Source of the DNA: Cetorhinus maximus
Taxonomy: Eukaryota
Length of the DNA: 64,000 nt
Assembly: GCF_964194155.1 (NCBI RefSeq)
Contig: NC_135901.1
Span: 22,940,001-23,004,000, forward strand
Direction of reading: 5' to 3'
In this document: positions 53,352 to 64,000 of the stretch, piece by piece
Layout: each line of letters opens with the position of its first letter
Position numbering within the stretch: the first letter of the stretch is position 1
Notes under the pieces: generated by a model
What the model was told of the DNA's origin: nothing
The model's database searches: none
What the model saw: the letters and a program-made list of their open reading frames with translations, nothing else
Translations under genes and position numbers: made by a program

Positions 53352-54110
53352 ATGGAAAAACCATGGAAGTGTGGGGACTGTGGGAATGGATTCAGATCCC
53401 CATCTCAGCTGGAACTTCATCAACGCAGTCACACTGGAGAGAGACCATTCACCTGCTGTGAGTGTGGGAAGGGGTTCACTCATTCATCCCACCTGCTCAG
53501 ACACCAGCGAATTCACACCAGGGAGAGGCCGTTCACCTGCTCTGAGTGTGGAAAGGCATTCACTACTTCATCCGACCTGCTGACGCACCAGCGAATTCAT
53601 ACCGGGGAGAGGCCATTCACCTGTTCTGATTGTGGGAAGGGATTTAGTCGGTTATCTCACTTACAGGCACACCAGCGCGTTCACACTGGGGAGAAGCCGT
53701 TCACCTGCTCTGATTGTGGAAAGGGATTCTCTCACTCCTCCAACCTGCGGATACACCAGCGAGTTCACACTGGGGAGAGGCCATTCACCTGCTCCGAGTG
53801 TGGTAAGGCATTCATTGATTCGTCAAGCCTGCGGATACACCTACGAGTTCACACCAGGGAGAGACCATTCACCTGCTCTGAGTGTGGGAAGGGATTCAGT
53901 CGATCATCGTTCCTGAAGGCACACCAGCGGATTCACACCGGGGAGTGGCCACCCACCTGCTCTGAGTGTGGGAAAGCATTCATTGATTCATCCAGCCTGC
54001 TGAGACACCAGCATCTTCACACTGGGGAGAGACCGTTCACCTGCTCTGAGTGTGGGAAGAAATTCAGTCAATCAACCTACCTTCGGAAGCACCAGCGAGT
54101 TCACAAGTGA
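53352..54110 (+). CDS. C2H2 ZF unit 10, 9 intact fingers
   Basis: accATGG MEKPWKC; intact ORF; aataaa near 54379. Confidence 0.85.
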   Translation: MEKPWKCGDCGNGFRSPSQLELHQRSHTGERPFTCCECGKGFTHSSHLLRHQRIHTRERPFTCSECGKAFTTSSDLLTHQRIHTGERPFTCSDCGKGFSRLSHLQAHQRVHTGEKPFTCSDCGKGFSHSSNLRIHQRVHTGERPFTCSECGKAFIDSSSLRIHLRVHTRERPFTCSECGKGFSRSSFLKAHQRIHTGEWPPTCSECGKAFIDSSSLLRHQHLHTGERPFTCSECGKKFSQSTYLRKHQRVHK

Positions 54111-54423
54111 TAACAGGGGTTGGATTCTGCTGTTATTGCTGCCGTCAATCACATCCCAGAGAGAACCATGTTCATTCTGATGATTGATGAAGTGGGAGGG
54201 CCGGAGGGTTTCTTTCTGCTGGACTGGCCGGTCTCATGACTTTGCTTCCAGTGGGCTGATGCTCTTTTAGCCTGGGTGTGCATGTTTCCACTGAAGTGAC
54301 CCACAAAAGCTGATGTAGAACGTCTATTTTATCCTGTATAGTAAATAGTGTTTTTTCTACCACTACAGATAGGTCTCAAATAAATACATTTGTCTCTGTT
54401 CCATTGGGTCTACAGCACAGGGA

Positions 54424-54715
54424 TTGGCCAGCATTTATTGCCCATCCCTAATTACCCTTGTTCAGAGGACATTTAAGAGTCAACCACATTGCTGTGGGTC
54501 TGGAGTCACACGTAGGCCAGGTAAGGACAGCAGATTTCCTTTCCTAAGGGACATTAGTGATCCAGATGTCATCATCAGATTTTTAATTCCAGATTTTTGT
54601 TTGATTTAATTTTCACCATCTGCTGTGTTGGGATTCAAACCCAGGTCCCCAGAGCATTACCCTGAGTGTCTGGAATACTAGTCCAGTGACAATACCACTA
54701 TGCCACCACCTCCCC
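54424..54715 (-). mobile_element. SINE family A copy
   Basis: Reverse complement of the 33102-33416 family. Confidence 0.7.
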
Positions 54716-55690
54716 ATTTACGCTCCACATGAGCCTCCACCCATCCTTATCTAAACCTGCAATAATCTTGTTTGCCTCTATAAAAACTCCCCTCAGCCTC
54801 CTTTACTCCAAGAAGAACAATCCCAGCTTCTCCAACTTAAATTTGTGAAAATCCTTCATCCCTGGAACCGTTCTGGTAAATCACCCTCTCAAGGACCCTC
54901 ACATCCTCTTAAAGTGTAGTGACCAGAACCGGACTCAGGACTCTCATAGTGGCCTCACCAGAGCTTTATAAACTATTGGCATAACTTCCCCACTTTTGTT
55001 CTCAATACTTCTGTTTCTGAAGTCCAAGATCCCATATACTCAAAACAGGAATATCAAACCTTTTTAATTGAACATTAAAAGCATTTGAACAACATTCTTG
55101 AAATGGCTAAAGAATATTTTGACCAATGAAGGAACGAGTTGTTTCCACAAAAAGAAGCCTTCCTGAACTTCTTGTCTCAAAATGAGAATCCAAAATGTTT
55201 GAGTCTGGGAAATGAACTGAAAAATGAAAACTGAACAAGAAGAAGACACTTTAAATGTGGAATTGACTGCGATATTCCTTTTGGATTTAAACAATGGAGA
55301 AACTACAGACATGGAAGAAAATAAAGCTCAAAGGGTGAACTCTGAACAAACGGATTTTCAAACTGAAATTGAAAATACACATATGAACAGCAATGAGGGC
55401 TCTCCTCTTGCAGAAGGAACTTTGGACTATAATTATTGTAAGAAGAAAACTTTCAGAAAACACTGCAAGCTGTAATATTTCACATCTTCAGTGGAATGTG
55501 ATTCCTGGACATGGAATTCAGCAATGTGCTGTTATCAAGATAGACTTGTGAATTTGAAGTGGACATTGGAGGGATTATTCTGTGTATTGCATGTTATAAG
55601 ATAGTTAAACATAGGAAAACATAGGATTCAGGAACAGGAGTCGGCCACTTGGCTCCTCGAGCCTGCTCCGCCATTCGATAAGATCATGGC

Positions 55691-58241
55691 TGTTGTTAAG
55701 ATGTACAGCAGGTTGTAAGTTGTAATATTCTAAATAGGATATTACGAGGGTGAGACATTTTCATTTCTTCCTGAGGAAGGTGTTGTGAATATCTAGTTTC
55801 ATAATTCATGTTTTAAAAATATAACTTATAGTTTAGGAATTGGATTTTTTTAAAAATGTATGATAATTGGAAAACCTGGGCTGAGAATCTGACAAAAACA
55901 CCCTAAGGGAATTCACAATCACAAGGTGTGGCCCATGTTGATTTTAGAAGCTAAAGCTCGAAGGGTAAGAACTGTAAAACGGCAGGTGGGCTCTTTTAGC
56001 TGGAGACCTGGAGACATTGGGTCTGACAATTATTGTCCTGACAATTTCTGGTGATAGACTGTCCATCAATATTCATTACAAGCCTACCAACTCCCACAGC
56101 TACCTCGACTACAGCTCCTCACACCCCACTTCCTGTAAGGACTCCATCCCATGCTCTCAGTTCCTTTGTCTCCGTCGCATCGGTTCTGATGATGCCACTT
56201 TCCAAAACAGTTCCTCTGACATGTCTTCCTTCTTCCTTAACTGAGGTTTTCCACCCATGGTGGTTGACAGGGCCCTCAACCATGTCTGGCCCATCTCCCG
56301 TGCATCCGCCCTCACACTTTCCTCTCCCTCCCAGAACCATGATAGGGTCCCCCTTGTCCTTACTTATCACCGCGTTCAAAGGATCATCTTCTGCCATTTC
56401 CGCCAACTCCAGCATGATGCCACCACCAAACACATCTTCCCTTCACCCCCCTGGCGGCTTTCCGCAGGGATTGTTCCCTCCGGTTCCACTCCTCCATCAT
56501 CTCCTACACCTCAACCCCCTCCCACGGCACCTTCCCATGCAACCTTAGAAGGTGCAACACCTGCCCCTTTGCTTCCCCCCTCCTCACTGTCCAAGGGCCC
56601 AAACACTCCTTTCAAGTGAAGCAGTGCTTCACTTGCACTTCCCTCAATTTAGTCTACTGCATTCGTTGCTCCCAATGCGGTCTCCTCTACATTGGAGAGA
56701 CAAAACGCAGACAGGGTGACCGCTTTGCAGAACATTTTCGGTCTGTCCGCAAGCATGACACAGACCTCCCTGTCGCTTGCCATTTCAACACACCACCCTG
56801 CTCTCATGCCCACATGTCCGTCCTTGGCTTGCTGCAATGTTCCAGTGAAGCTCAATGCAAACTGGAGGAACAGCACCTCATCTTCCGACTAGGCACTTTA
56901 CAGTCTTCTGGACTCAATATTGAGTTCAACAATTTCAGATCGTGAACTCTCTCCTCCATCCCCAGCCCCTTTCCGATCCCCCTTTTCCAATAATTTATAA
57001 CTTTTTTACAAATATATTTTTCTTTTCCCACCTATTTTTAAATTTATTTCGATCTATTGTTTCATCTCCCCCTTTTAGCCCATTTTGACCCCTTCCCCCC
57101 ACCCCACCCCCACTAGGACCATCAGCCGCTAGCTTGTCCTGCTTTCTACCCTTAGTGTCCCCCTTAGCACATTCCTTAGATAGTATCACCACCATCAACA
57201 CGTCTTTGTCTATGACATCTTTGGCAGTCTCTTCTTGGCGTCCACCTATCACTGGCCCTCTATCGAGCTCTACCTGTCCCACCCCCCCTCTACCAGCTTA
57301 TATTTCACCTCATTTCTATATTTCTTAGTTTGATGAAGGGTCATACAGACTCGAAACATCAACTGTATCTCTCTCCGCAGATGCTGTCAGACCTGCTGAG
57401 CTTTTCCAGGTATTTTTGTTTTTGTTCTAGATTTCCAGCATCCGCAGTATTTTGCTTTTATCTTAATTATTGTCCTGTCTTTGTTAGAGAGATGAATTCT
57501 TTATGCAAACCTCAGGGAAAAAAGCTTTGGTTTTGAAGCTAAAAGTTAATTAATTTAAATATCAAGTGGACATCCCAACTGGTCTCTGTTACCATGGGGA
57601 TAAGTGATTCAGGGTGGAGCCTTGGTTGGAATTCTGCGTGTTTCTCACAGAAAGCAGGCAGTCTGCAGTTTGCTTGGAAGCAACCAGCTGTGGGACCAGG
57701 AGCTGTGAACCAGCTGGAAACCTATAGGGCCAATAGGAACTAGGGGTGTTCCTAATGTTTAAATCCCTCAGCAAGAAGGCAGTGAAGCCCACGCTTGGAC
57801 TGAGGAGTTTTGAGGTCTTAAAGGAAAGTTGGAGGGTTGTTTAGCCAAAAGCTAATGGAAGGACCACCATAAAATCTTGGAACTTGGAGAACAGCTGGAA
57901 TACTGAGGTGAATTAAAGAGAATTCTGGAGAGCTTTGACATATCTTTGGGATGGTCCCAGGAACAGAAGTGAATGAACCTTCAAAATATCGATAAATATA
58001 AGTGAATTCATGTGTTGGGGTGGGGGGAAGTTAAAAAGTAGAACTGGGTTAATAGTATAAGTCTTTATTAACTATCGTGTTAAGTTCATTGTGCTGGTTT
58101 TTAATTTTCTTTTCTCTTATATACATAGTAAAGTTTGTTTTTGTTTAAAAACATGGAATCTTGTGGCGTAATTCTTTCAGTTAATCACTGGGTATCTGAA
58201 TTTCTCTTTAAAAGTTAATGGTCTCGACTGGGATCCTAACA
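55691..58241 (+). mobile_element. Solo-LTR-like element (mirror of 17866-18815) containing a Penelope insertion
   Basis: tgttgttaag...gggatcctaaca. Confidence 0.55.
56041..57464 (+). mobile_element. 5'-truncated Penelope-like element with GIY-YIG, 13-bp TSD
   Basis: NLVYCIRCSQCGLLYIGETKR; TSD aattattgtcctg at 56028-56040 and 57465-57477; empty site near 18480-18495. Confidence 0.92.
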
Positions 58242-58348
58242 ATAGCCACAAACAATATTTTGAAACAGAAAGAATATGATTTTCCTTATTTTGTACAAAG
58301 CATTACATGATGAGACACCACAACTAGGATTCCCAATAATTTCTGAGT

Positions 58349-60383
58349 TCAAGCACTTCTTTTCATGAAATAATTTGATAATTGATGACTAAAATTGGAA
58401 CTAATTGTCGTGCCTTCTAAAGCAGGAGGGCCATCGCCCAGCACAGAGGGTAATTTGGGATTTCTCCCATAGACCAATTGATAGGGACTATACCCTCCAA
58501 CCATCTGAAGTGAATTCTTTACATGAATCATCCATGCCAGTGCAGTGGTCAACTTGCAGTTTGGCTGATCAGCTAAGATTTTATACATTTCATTGATCAC
58601 CGTGTGATTCCTTTCACAGAGTCCATTGCTGACAGGACTTTCAGCTGTGATGTTCATGAACATAATGTTCATGTTTTCACACACGTCTCTAAACTCATTA
58701 GCAAATTCCCCTCCATTATCAGTCAGAAACTTAGCTGGTGCCCCAGGTCTAGTCCCTATCCATTTCTCCATGACTTGGTCTATAATCACCCTTTTGTCCT
58801 TGCCATGTATTATGAGAGAATGACTAAATCGAGTTACTATGTCCATAAAGTGTAGAACGAAAATATTTCTGACTTTGTCCCATACCTTTAGATCCATGGC
58901 AACTAACTTGTTCAAGTCACGTGCCAAGGGAAGGATAACAATAGGAAGTGACGGTGTCCGATACTTTTTTACAGATTTCACACCTTGCATTAATCTCTTC
59001 CATGAGCCTCGTATACTCTTCATCAACCACCCTGCAGGAGTTTTAATCTTTGACAAGAAGGGTGAGCAAACTGTCTTTCTAGCTTTAAGACAATTTGCTT
59101 TTCTTCTCGCTGATTCTTATCACTTGATTCCATTAATCCTTCTCAAACACTCTGATTAGAAACAGCAGGTATTGTTAAAGGGATACGATAATGTCCTGAT
59201 TGAGTAAACTGCAGACTCACTGACTTTCCAAAAACAGTTGTCTTATCTTGATTCATGTCCAGTTGCAATTGTGCCTTTTATCTAAGGTTTACTCAACATT
59301 GAGGAGATCTCACGAAAGACTACGCCAGTCCTGATAAAGTGGTAGAATCCAGATATTTTGCATGGAATCACCACTCTTTTTAAAGGCTTCAATGTGTGAC
59401 ATCACCCAAACCTAAACAAGTTGAACCCTCCTTAACCTTGTGTCTATCTTCACCATGAGGTGAATCTGGGTAACATCTTCACCAATCTGATCCACATACT
59501 GTCGAGGTGCAGCCACTATCTAACACAGCACAGTTGAAAGCGTCTGTGAACAATATACTCATCAATGGACCAAAACTCTTTGTGACGAGTACAATTCCTT
59601 CAGAATGATAATTGTCATGATCTTCAGCCTCAGAATTCTCTGTGTCAGGAGTTATTTTGAAGACCCTGATTTTCCACTTTGGGCAGTTTGACTCATAATC
59701 ATATTTTGAGTTAGTCCTGAAACACTTGTTAATTGTTCCCATTCACCTATTAGTGCTGTTCCAATCCAGATCTGTTAAAGGTGCTTTCGCCCTCATTCAA
59801 AACCTGTCAAAGTCTGATTATGCTCACAGGCTTTCTTGTAAATCTCATCAATGAACCCGAATAGAAGATCCAAACCTTCATCAATATCCAACTGACAGGT
59901 ATCCAGCTCACAAAATTCTTCTGTTCTGATTTTACTTTTGTTAGGAAGTGACAGTGCCAAGGCCAGACCTTGTTCCCTCCTTGGTTGGGACGTAACCCGT
60001 GTCCACATATCCACTTCATTCATCCACTGGTCGTATGGCTCAGACTCCAAGAACAGAGGCTGGGTATCAGACCCTGACAATTGCTTTCAGTCATATCTCA
60101 CAAAAATTACTAGGGTTGGAAGCTTTTGTCCAAAATTTTATTTCCGTTTAGTTTCCATCCTTCGCCATTAGGCAAGCAATCTGTTACCATGACAGCCTTA
60201 TGGTGAAGAAAGAAACTGGAGCCAATCTTTACTTGGTATAGGCTTATTCACAGAGTGAAACTTTAGTTAGATAACTCCTGACTCCACTCCATGCCAGTAA
60301 GTTTCTCTTTATCTGTGCTTGAGTAACCATCCAATCAATTCCCTTCACCTATGTATATGTAACCACAGCTGATACAATTAACA
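58349..60383 (-). mobile_element. Copia (GalEa-like) LTR retrotransposon: LTR 60190-60383, PBS, gag, protease, integrase; RT not seen
   Basis: PBS-like TGGTAACAGA right after LTR CA; gag QGLALALSLP; protease AVLDSGCTSTVCG; integrase VAMDL/TDNGGEF/SNGLCERNH directly after protease. Confidence 0.8.
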
Positions 60384-60466
60384 CCTAGAGTCAGAGTGTC
60401 GAAAGGGTCTGTAATCAGTGTGACTGCAATGGTGTCTCAGCAGGTTGGATGACTCTGTGAATCCTT

Positions 60467-61294
60467 TCACACACTCAGAGCAGGTGAACGGTCTCTCTCC
60501 TCTGTGTGAAGTCGGCGGTGCTTCCGCAGGCTGGATGTATCAGCAAATTCCTTCTCACACTCAGAACAGGTGAAAGGCCTCTCCCCAGTGTGAACTCGCT
60601 GGTGTCTCAGCAGGTTGGATGATTCAGTGAATCCTTTCCCACACAGAGAGCAAGAGAACGGCCTCTCCCCGGTGTGAACTCGCCGGTGCTTCCATAGGCT
60701 GGATGAATTTGGGAATCCCTTCCCACACTCAGAGCAGGAGAATGGCCTCTCTCCAGTATGAACACGTCGGTGTGCCTGTAGGCTGGTTGACCGAGTGAAT
60801 CCCTTCCCACACACGGAGCAAGTGAATGGTCTCTCTCCGGTGTGCGCTATCTGGTGCCGCAGAAGGTTGGTTAACCGAGTGAATCCCTTCTCACACACGG
60901 GGCAAGTGAATGGCCTCTCCCCAGTGTGAACAACACTGTGGTTCTGCAGGGTGGATGACTCACTGAATCCCTTCCCACAGACAGAGCAGATGAACGGCCT
61001 CTCCCCAGTGTGAACGCGCTGGTGCAACCGCAGGTGTGATGACTGAGTGAATCCCTTGCCACAAACGGAGCAGGTGAACGGCCTCTCCCCGGTGTGAACT
61101 CGCTTGTGTGTAACCAGATGCGATGAGTGATTGAATCCCTTGCCACACTGAGAGCAGGTAAATGGCCTCTCCCCCGTGTGAATGCGTCGATGAATTTCAA
61201 GTGCAGATGGGGAACGGAATCCCTTCCCACAGTCCCCACATTTCCACGGTTTCTCTATAGTGCAGGTGCCCTTGTGTCTCTGCATGTTCACCAA
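60467..61294 (-). CDS. C2H2 ZF unit 11, 9 intact fingers then frameshift; usual ATG is ATA
   Basis: TIEKPWKC; upstream in-frame ATG (MQRH); LTR insertion at 60383; duplicated fossil leader 61300-61800; acceptor near 61890. Confidence 0.6.
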   Translation of the reverse strand: MVNMQRHKGTCTIEKPWKCGDCGKGFRSPSALEIHRRIHTGERPFTCSQCGKGFNHSSHLVTHKRVHTGERPFTCSVCGKGFTQSSHLRLHQRVHTGERPFICSVCGKGFSESSTLQNHSVVHTGERPFTCPVCEKGFTRLTNLLRHQIAHTGERPFTCSVCGKGFTRSTSLQAHRRVHTGERPFSCSECGKGFPNSSSLWKHRRVHTGERPFSCSLCGKGFTESSNLLRHQRVHTGERPFTCSECEKEFADTSSLRKHRRLHTEERDRSPALSV

Positions 61295-62399
61295 TCAGCT
61301 GAAGCCTCATCTGTACACAAAATACGTGAACGGCCTCTCTCCGCTGTGAATGGTGCAATGTTTTTTCAGGCTGTGTAACTGGTTAGAGCTCTCTCCACAG
61401 TCAGTCCACTGAAACACTCGCACTCAGGGGTGCGTGTCTCTGTGCTTTTCCATTTACATTGATGTTTAAAAATGCCAGAAAGAGACAGAGCGTCGATGAG
61501 TTTCTAGCTTTGATGGGGAAATCAATCCCTTCCCACAGTCCCCACATATCCAAGGTTTCTCAGAGGACCTGATGTGTTTGTGTCTCTCCAGGCTGGACAA
61601 TCATTTGAAGCCTTGTTTATAAGCAGAACACATGAACGATTTTTCCCTGCTGTGAATGGTGTGATTTTTATTCAGTCTGTGTAACTGATTAAAACTCTTT
61701 CCACAGTCAGTGCACTGGAACACTCTCATTCGGGTGTGTGAATGTCTTGGTGCTTTATCAGTCACACTGATGTTTGAAATCTTTTTCCACAGACAGAATA
61801 GACAAACGTTTACCCTTCCTCATTCAAAGGCCAGTGATATTCAGGTTCTGCTGAATCAAGTAACAGTGAGATCCTCCCCTTCTAACCTCCTGTAAAATGA
61901 GTTTACAGAAGTTATCACTGTAAATACGGGATATTTTCTTTTATTCATTCATGGGGTGTGGGCTTCGCTGGCTGGGCCAGCATTTATTGCCCATCCCTAG
62001 TTGCTCTTGAGAAGGTGGTGGTGAGCTGCCTTCTTCAACCGCTGCAGTCCATGTAGTATTAAATATATAAATTCACAACAGAGAATTCTAGTTTCTATGG
62101 AACATTTTTTCCTCTCATTTCCCCAAATCTATAAATCTCTGACCCACACACTCCTTTCCCTCTCTGCTCATTGTCCCAGATTCAGTGTCCAGTCTCCTAC
62201 TTATTCTTTTCTCCTCTCCAGATTCTCTCTCCTCCTGTCCTTAAACTGATGACTCAGGCTGTGGATCAATTTCACTCCTTCACTCTAATTCTACCAAATA
62301 CTTTGCCTCAAAACAACAAATTACCTTTATTGACTTTATCAGTGTTGTTAAATGAACGGAAATAACCACCTTTTCCCAATTGGGCCTCTGGTTCAGTTT

Positions 62400-62825
62400 G
62401 GTGCCTCAGAGAAGCCGGAAGCGGCGGATGGTGATTCCGGACCAATAGGAAGAGAGGGGGAGAGGCTGGAGGACCGAGTTGGAGCTGCTGGTCCTCCAAC
62501 CAATCGGAGTGAACGAGGGGCGGGGCCCTGACCGCACCACAGGCGGCTCCGCGCAGGCGTGTTCTGGGGCAGAGATTGGAGCATGCGCAGTGCGGAAGAT
62601 GTGTTGAATCGGTAGGGGAGGCATGACTCGAGGCAGGAGAGGAATAGAGGCGGCGGGTGGACTTGGAGGCTTGAGAAACACCTCATGTAGGCTCCCATAT
62701 TCTGCATTTTCACCAAGCGGAGCAGCAGTTGAGGGGTTTCTGATGACAGGCCCGAGGGTAACGGCCGCACTGCCATCTTGAGAAGGGAGGGTGTGCAGCG
62801 GGGCGCATGCGCGGCGACAGGGATG
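62400..62825. promoter_or_regulatory. CpG promoter (paralog of 5640-5780)
   Basis: ccggaag, two CCAAT, ggggcggggc, gcgcatgcgc at 62803-62812, gccatcttg (YY1-like) at 62772-62780. Confidence 0.7.
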
Positions 62826-62959
62826 ATGGGATTTGGAACAAGGAAACTCAAATCAAGGATCCCATCAGGATCTGAGCAAGTCCCTCAATTCACCAGGACC
62901 TGGGTATCAACTGCATCTGATTGTGGAAGGACAAACAGGGCTGCCTGCTCTGTTTGTGG

Positions 62960-63270
62960 TAAGTGTGACCCCGGTGTGACTGCACCGATGAGTTTCCAGC
63001 TCTGATGGGTAACTGAAAACCTTTCCACAGTCCCCACATTTCCAGCTTCTCTCCAGTGTGACTGCGCTGGTTTTGTGTACGGGCAGAAGAGCTGAAGCCA
63101 CGTCCACACACACACAAAACATGTATACGGTTTATCCAGGCTGGGAACGGGTACCTTTGCTTCCATGTTCAAAGGCCGATGATATTCAGGTCCTCATGAC
63201 TCTGTCAGATCTTGATTTAATGTTCGGTTTGTGTTTCCCATCTGTAAATCCACCTCTTCCAACACGTTGA
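62960..63270 (-). pseudogene. ZF unit 12 fragment (MEAK-type leader, about 2 broken fingers)
   Basis: MNMEAK...[25 protein letters not shown] across frameshifts. Confidence 0.75.
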
Positions 63271-63684
63271 TAAATGAATTTAAAACAAGACAAGGGAGTG
63301 TGAGGGAATCACAAAAACAAAAAGGCAGGTTGTGATACTGAGCTGAATGAATCTGGTAATTTGGGGGCTAGAACAAAGTGGGCAGAGCTTCAGGGTCCCA
63401 GTGACCAGGAGAGAAAATCATTGATTCGTTGATTTTATTCTAACTCTCCACACAGGCACCAGAGAACTGAACCTAGCCAGAGTAGAGGGAGGGAGGGAGA
63501 TAACTGGGAAATGGCAGAGATGGTGAGATGGTTTTGGATTTCAGCCCAGGGAGGAGGGAGAGTGTGTAGAATGGGGATTTACAGCTTTGGGGGAACAAGA
63601 GATGTTGTTTGATAGTGACTTGAATTGTCTGTTCTGAATTTTCACCCTGGGCTTATTGTTGACTTTGCTAAATTCCTTTTAAAG

Positions 63685-63900
63685 GGCATTAGAAGGGGAG
63701 AATGGAAAATTCAAACCAAACATCATATCAGGATCTGACATAGTCACTGGATTCATCAGGACCTGAATATCATTGGCCATTGCATATGGAAAGGAAAATG
63801 TTTGTCCGTTCTGTCTGAGGGAAAAAATTTCAAGCATCAATTTGATTGGAAAAGCACCGAGACACAGATACCTGAGTGGGAGTGTTGCAGTGAACTAACT
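63685..63900 (+). pseudogene. ZF unit 13 leader fragment, cut by a SINE head (63900-63950, -)
   Basis: gcattagaaggggag...atgtttgtc...ggaaaagcaccgagacac matches the shared leader. Confidence 0.65.
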
Positions 63901-64000
63901 GTGGTGGATTTGAACCCACAGCCTCCTGACTCAGACGTGAGAATGCAACCTCATCATTACTTTGGATTTTTCCAGTTCTCAGAACCTTGGCCACTTTCAT

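Noticed and set aside
55224-55475. Acidic 83-aa ORF
   Set aside because: No motif, paralog or splice support in the window

Overview
Eukaryotic, repeat-rich vertebrate DNA. The repeat content (CR1/L2 LINEs, Penelope-like elements, Deu-domain SINEs) points to a cartilaginous fish; the species is not determinable here. The window is a cluster of about 13 paralogous C2H2 zinc-finger (ZF) units. Three have clean arrays (29453-30463 +, 37815-38711 -, 53352-54110 +); the rest are truncated, frameshifted or fragmentary. No KRAB, SCAN or BTB domain is visible. Units share a CpG promoter, a short first exon ending in GTGAG, an acceptor ttttacag|GATATTAGAAG, a 'fossil' ZF leader with shared stop codons, a start at MEKPWKC (or MEGK/MEVK), a shared 3' UTR, and an old antisense CR1 tail. 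Several are head-to-head pairs, and about 14-62 kb reads as an old, degenerate inverted duplication centred near 40-41 kb. Also present: two copies of a Copia (GalEa-like) LTR element at the same ZF site, Penelope elements and short remnants with hammerhead-like motifs and 12-15 bp TSDs, a tRNA-Val pseudogene, nested CR1s and a 27-bp minisatellite. Coordinates were read by eye and family names come from recognition, not database searches.
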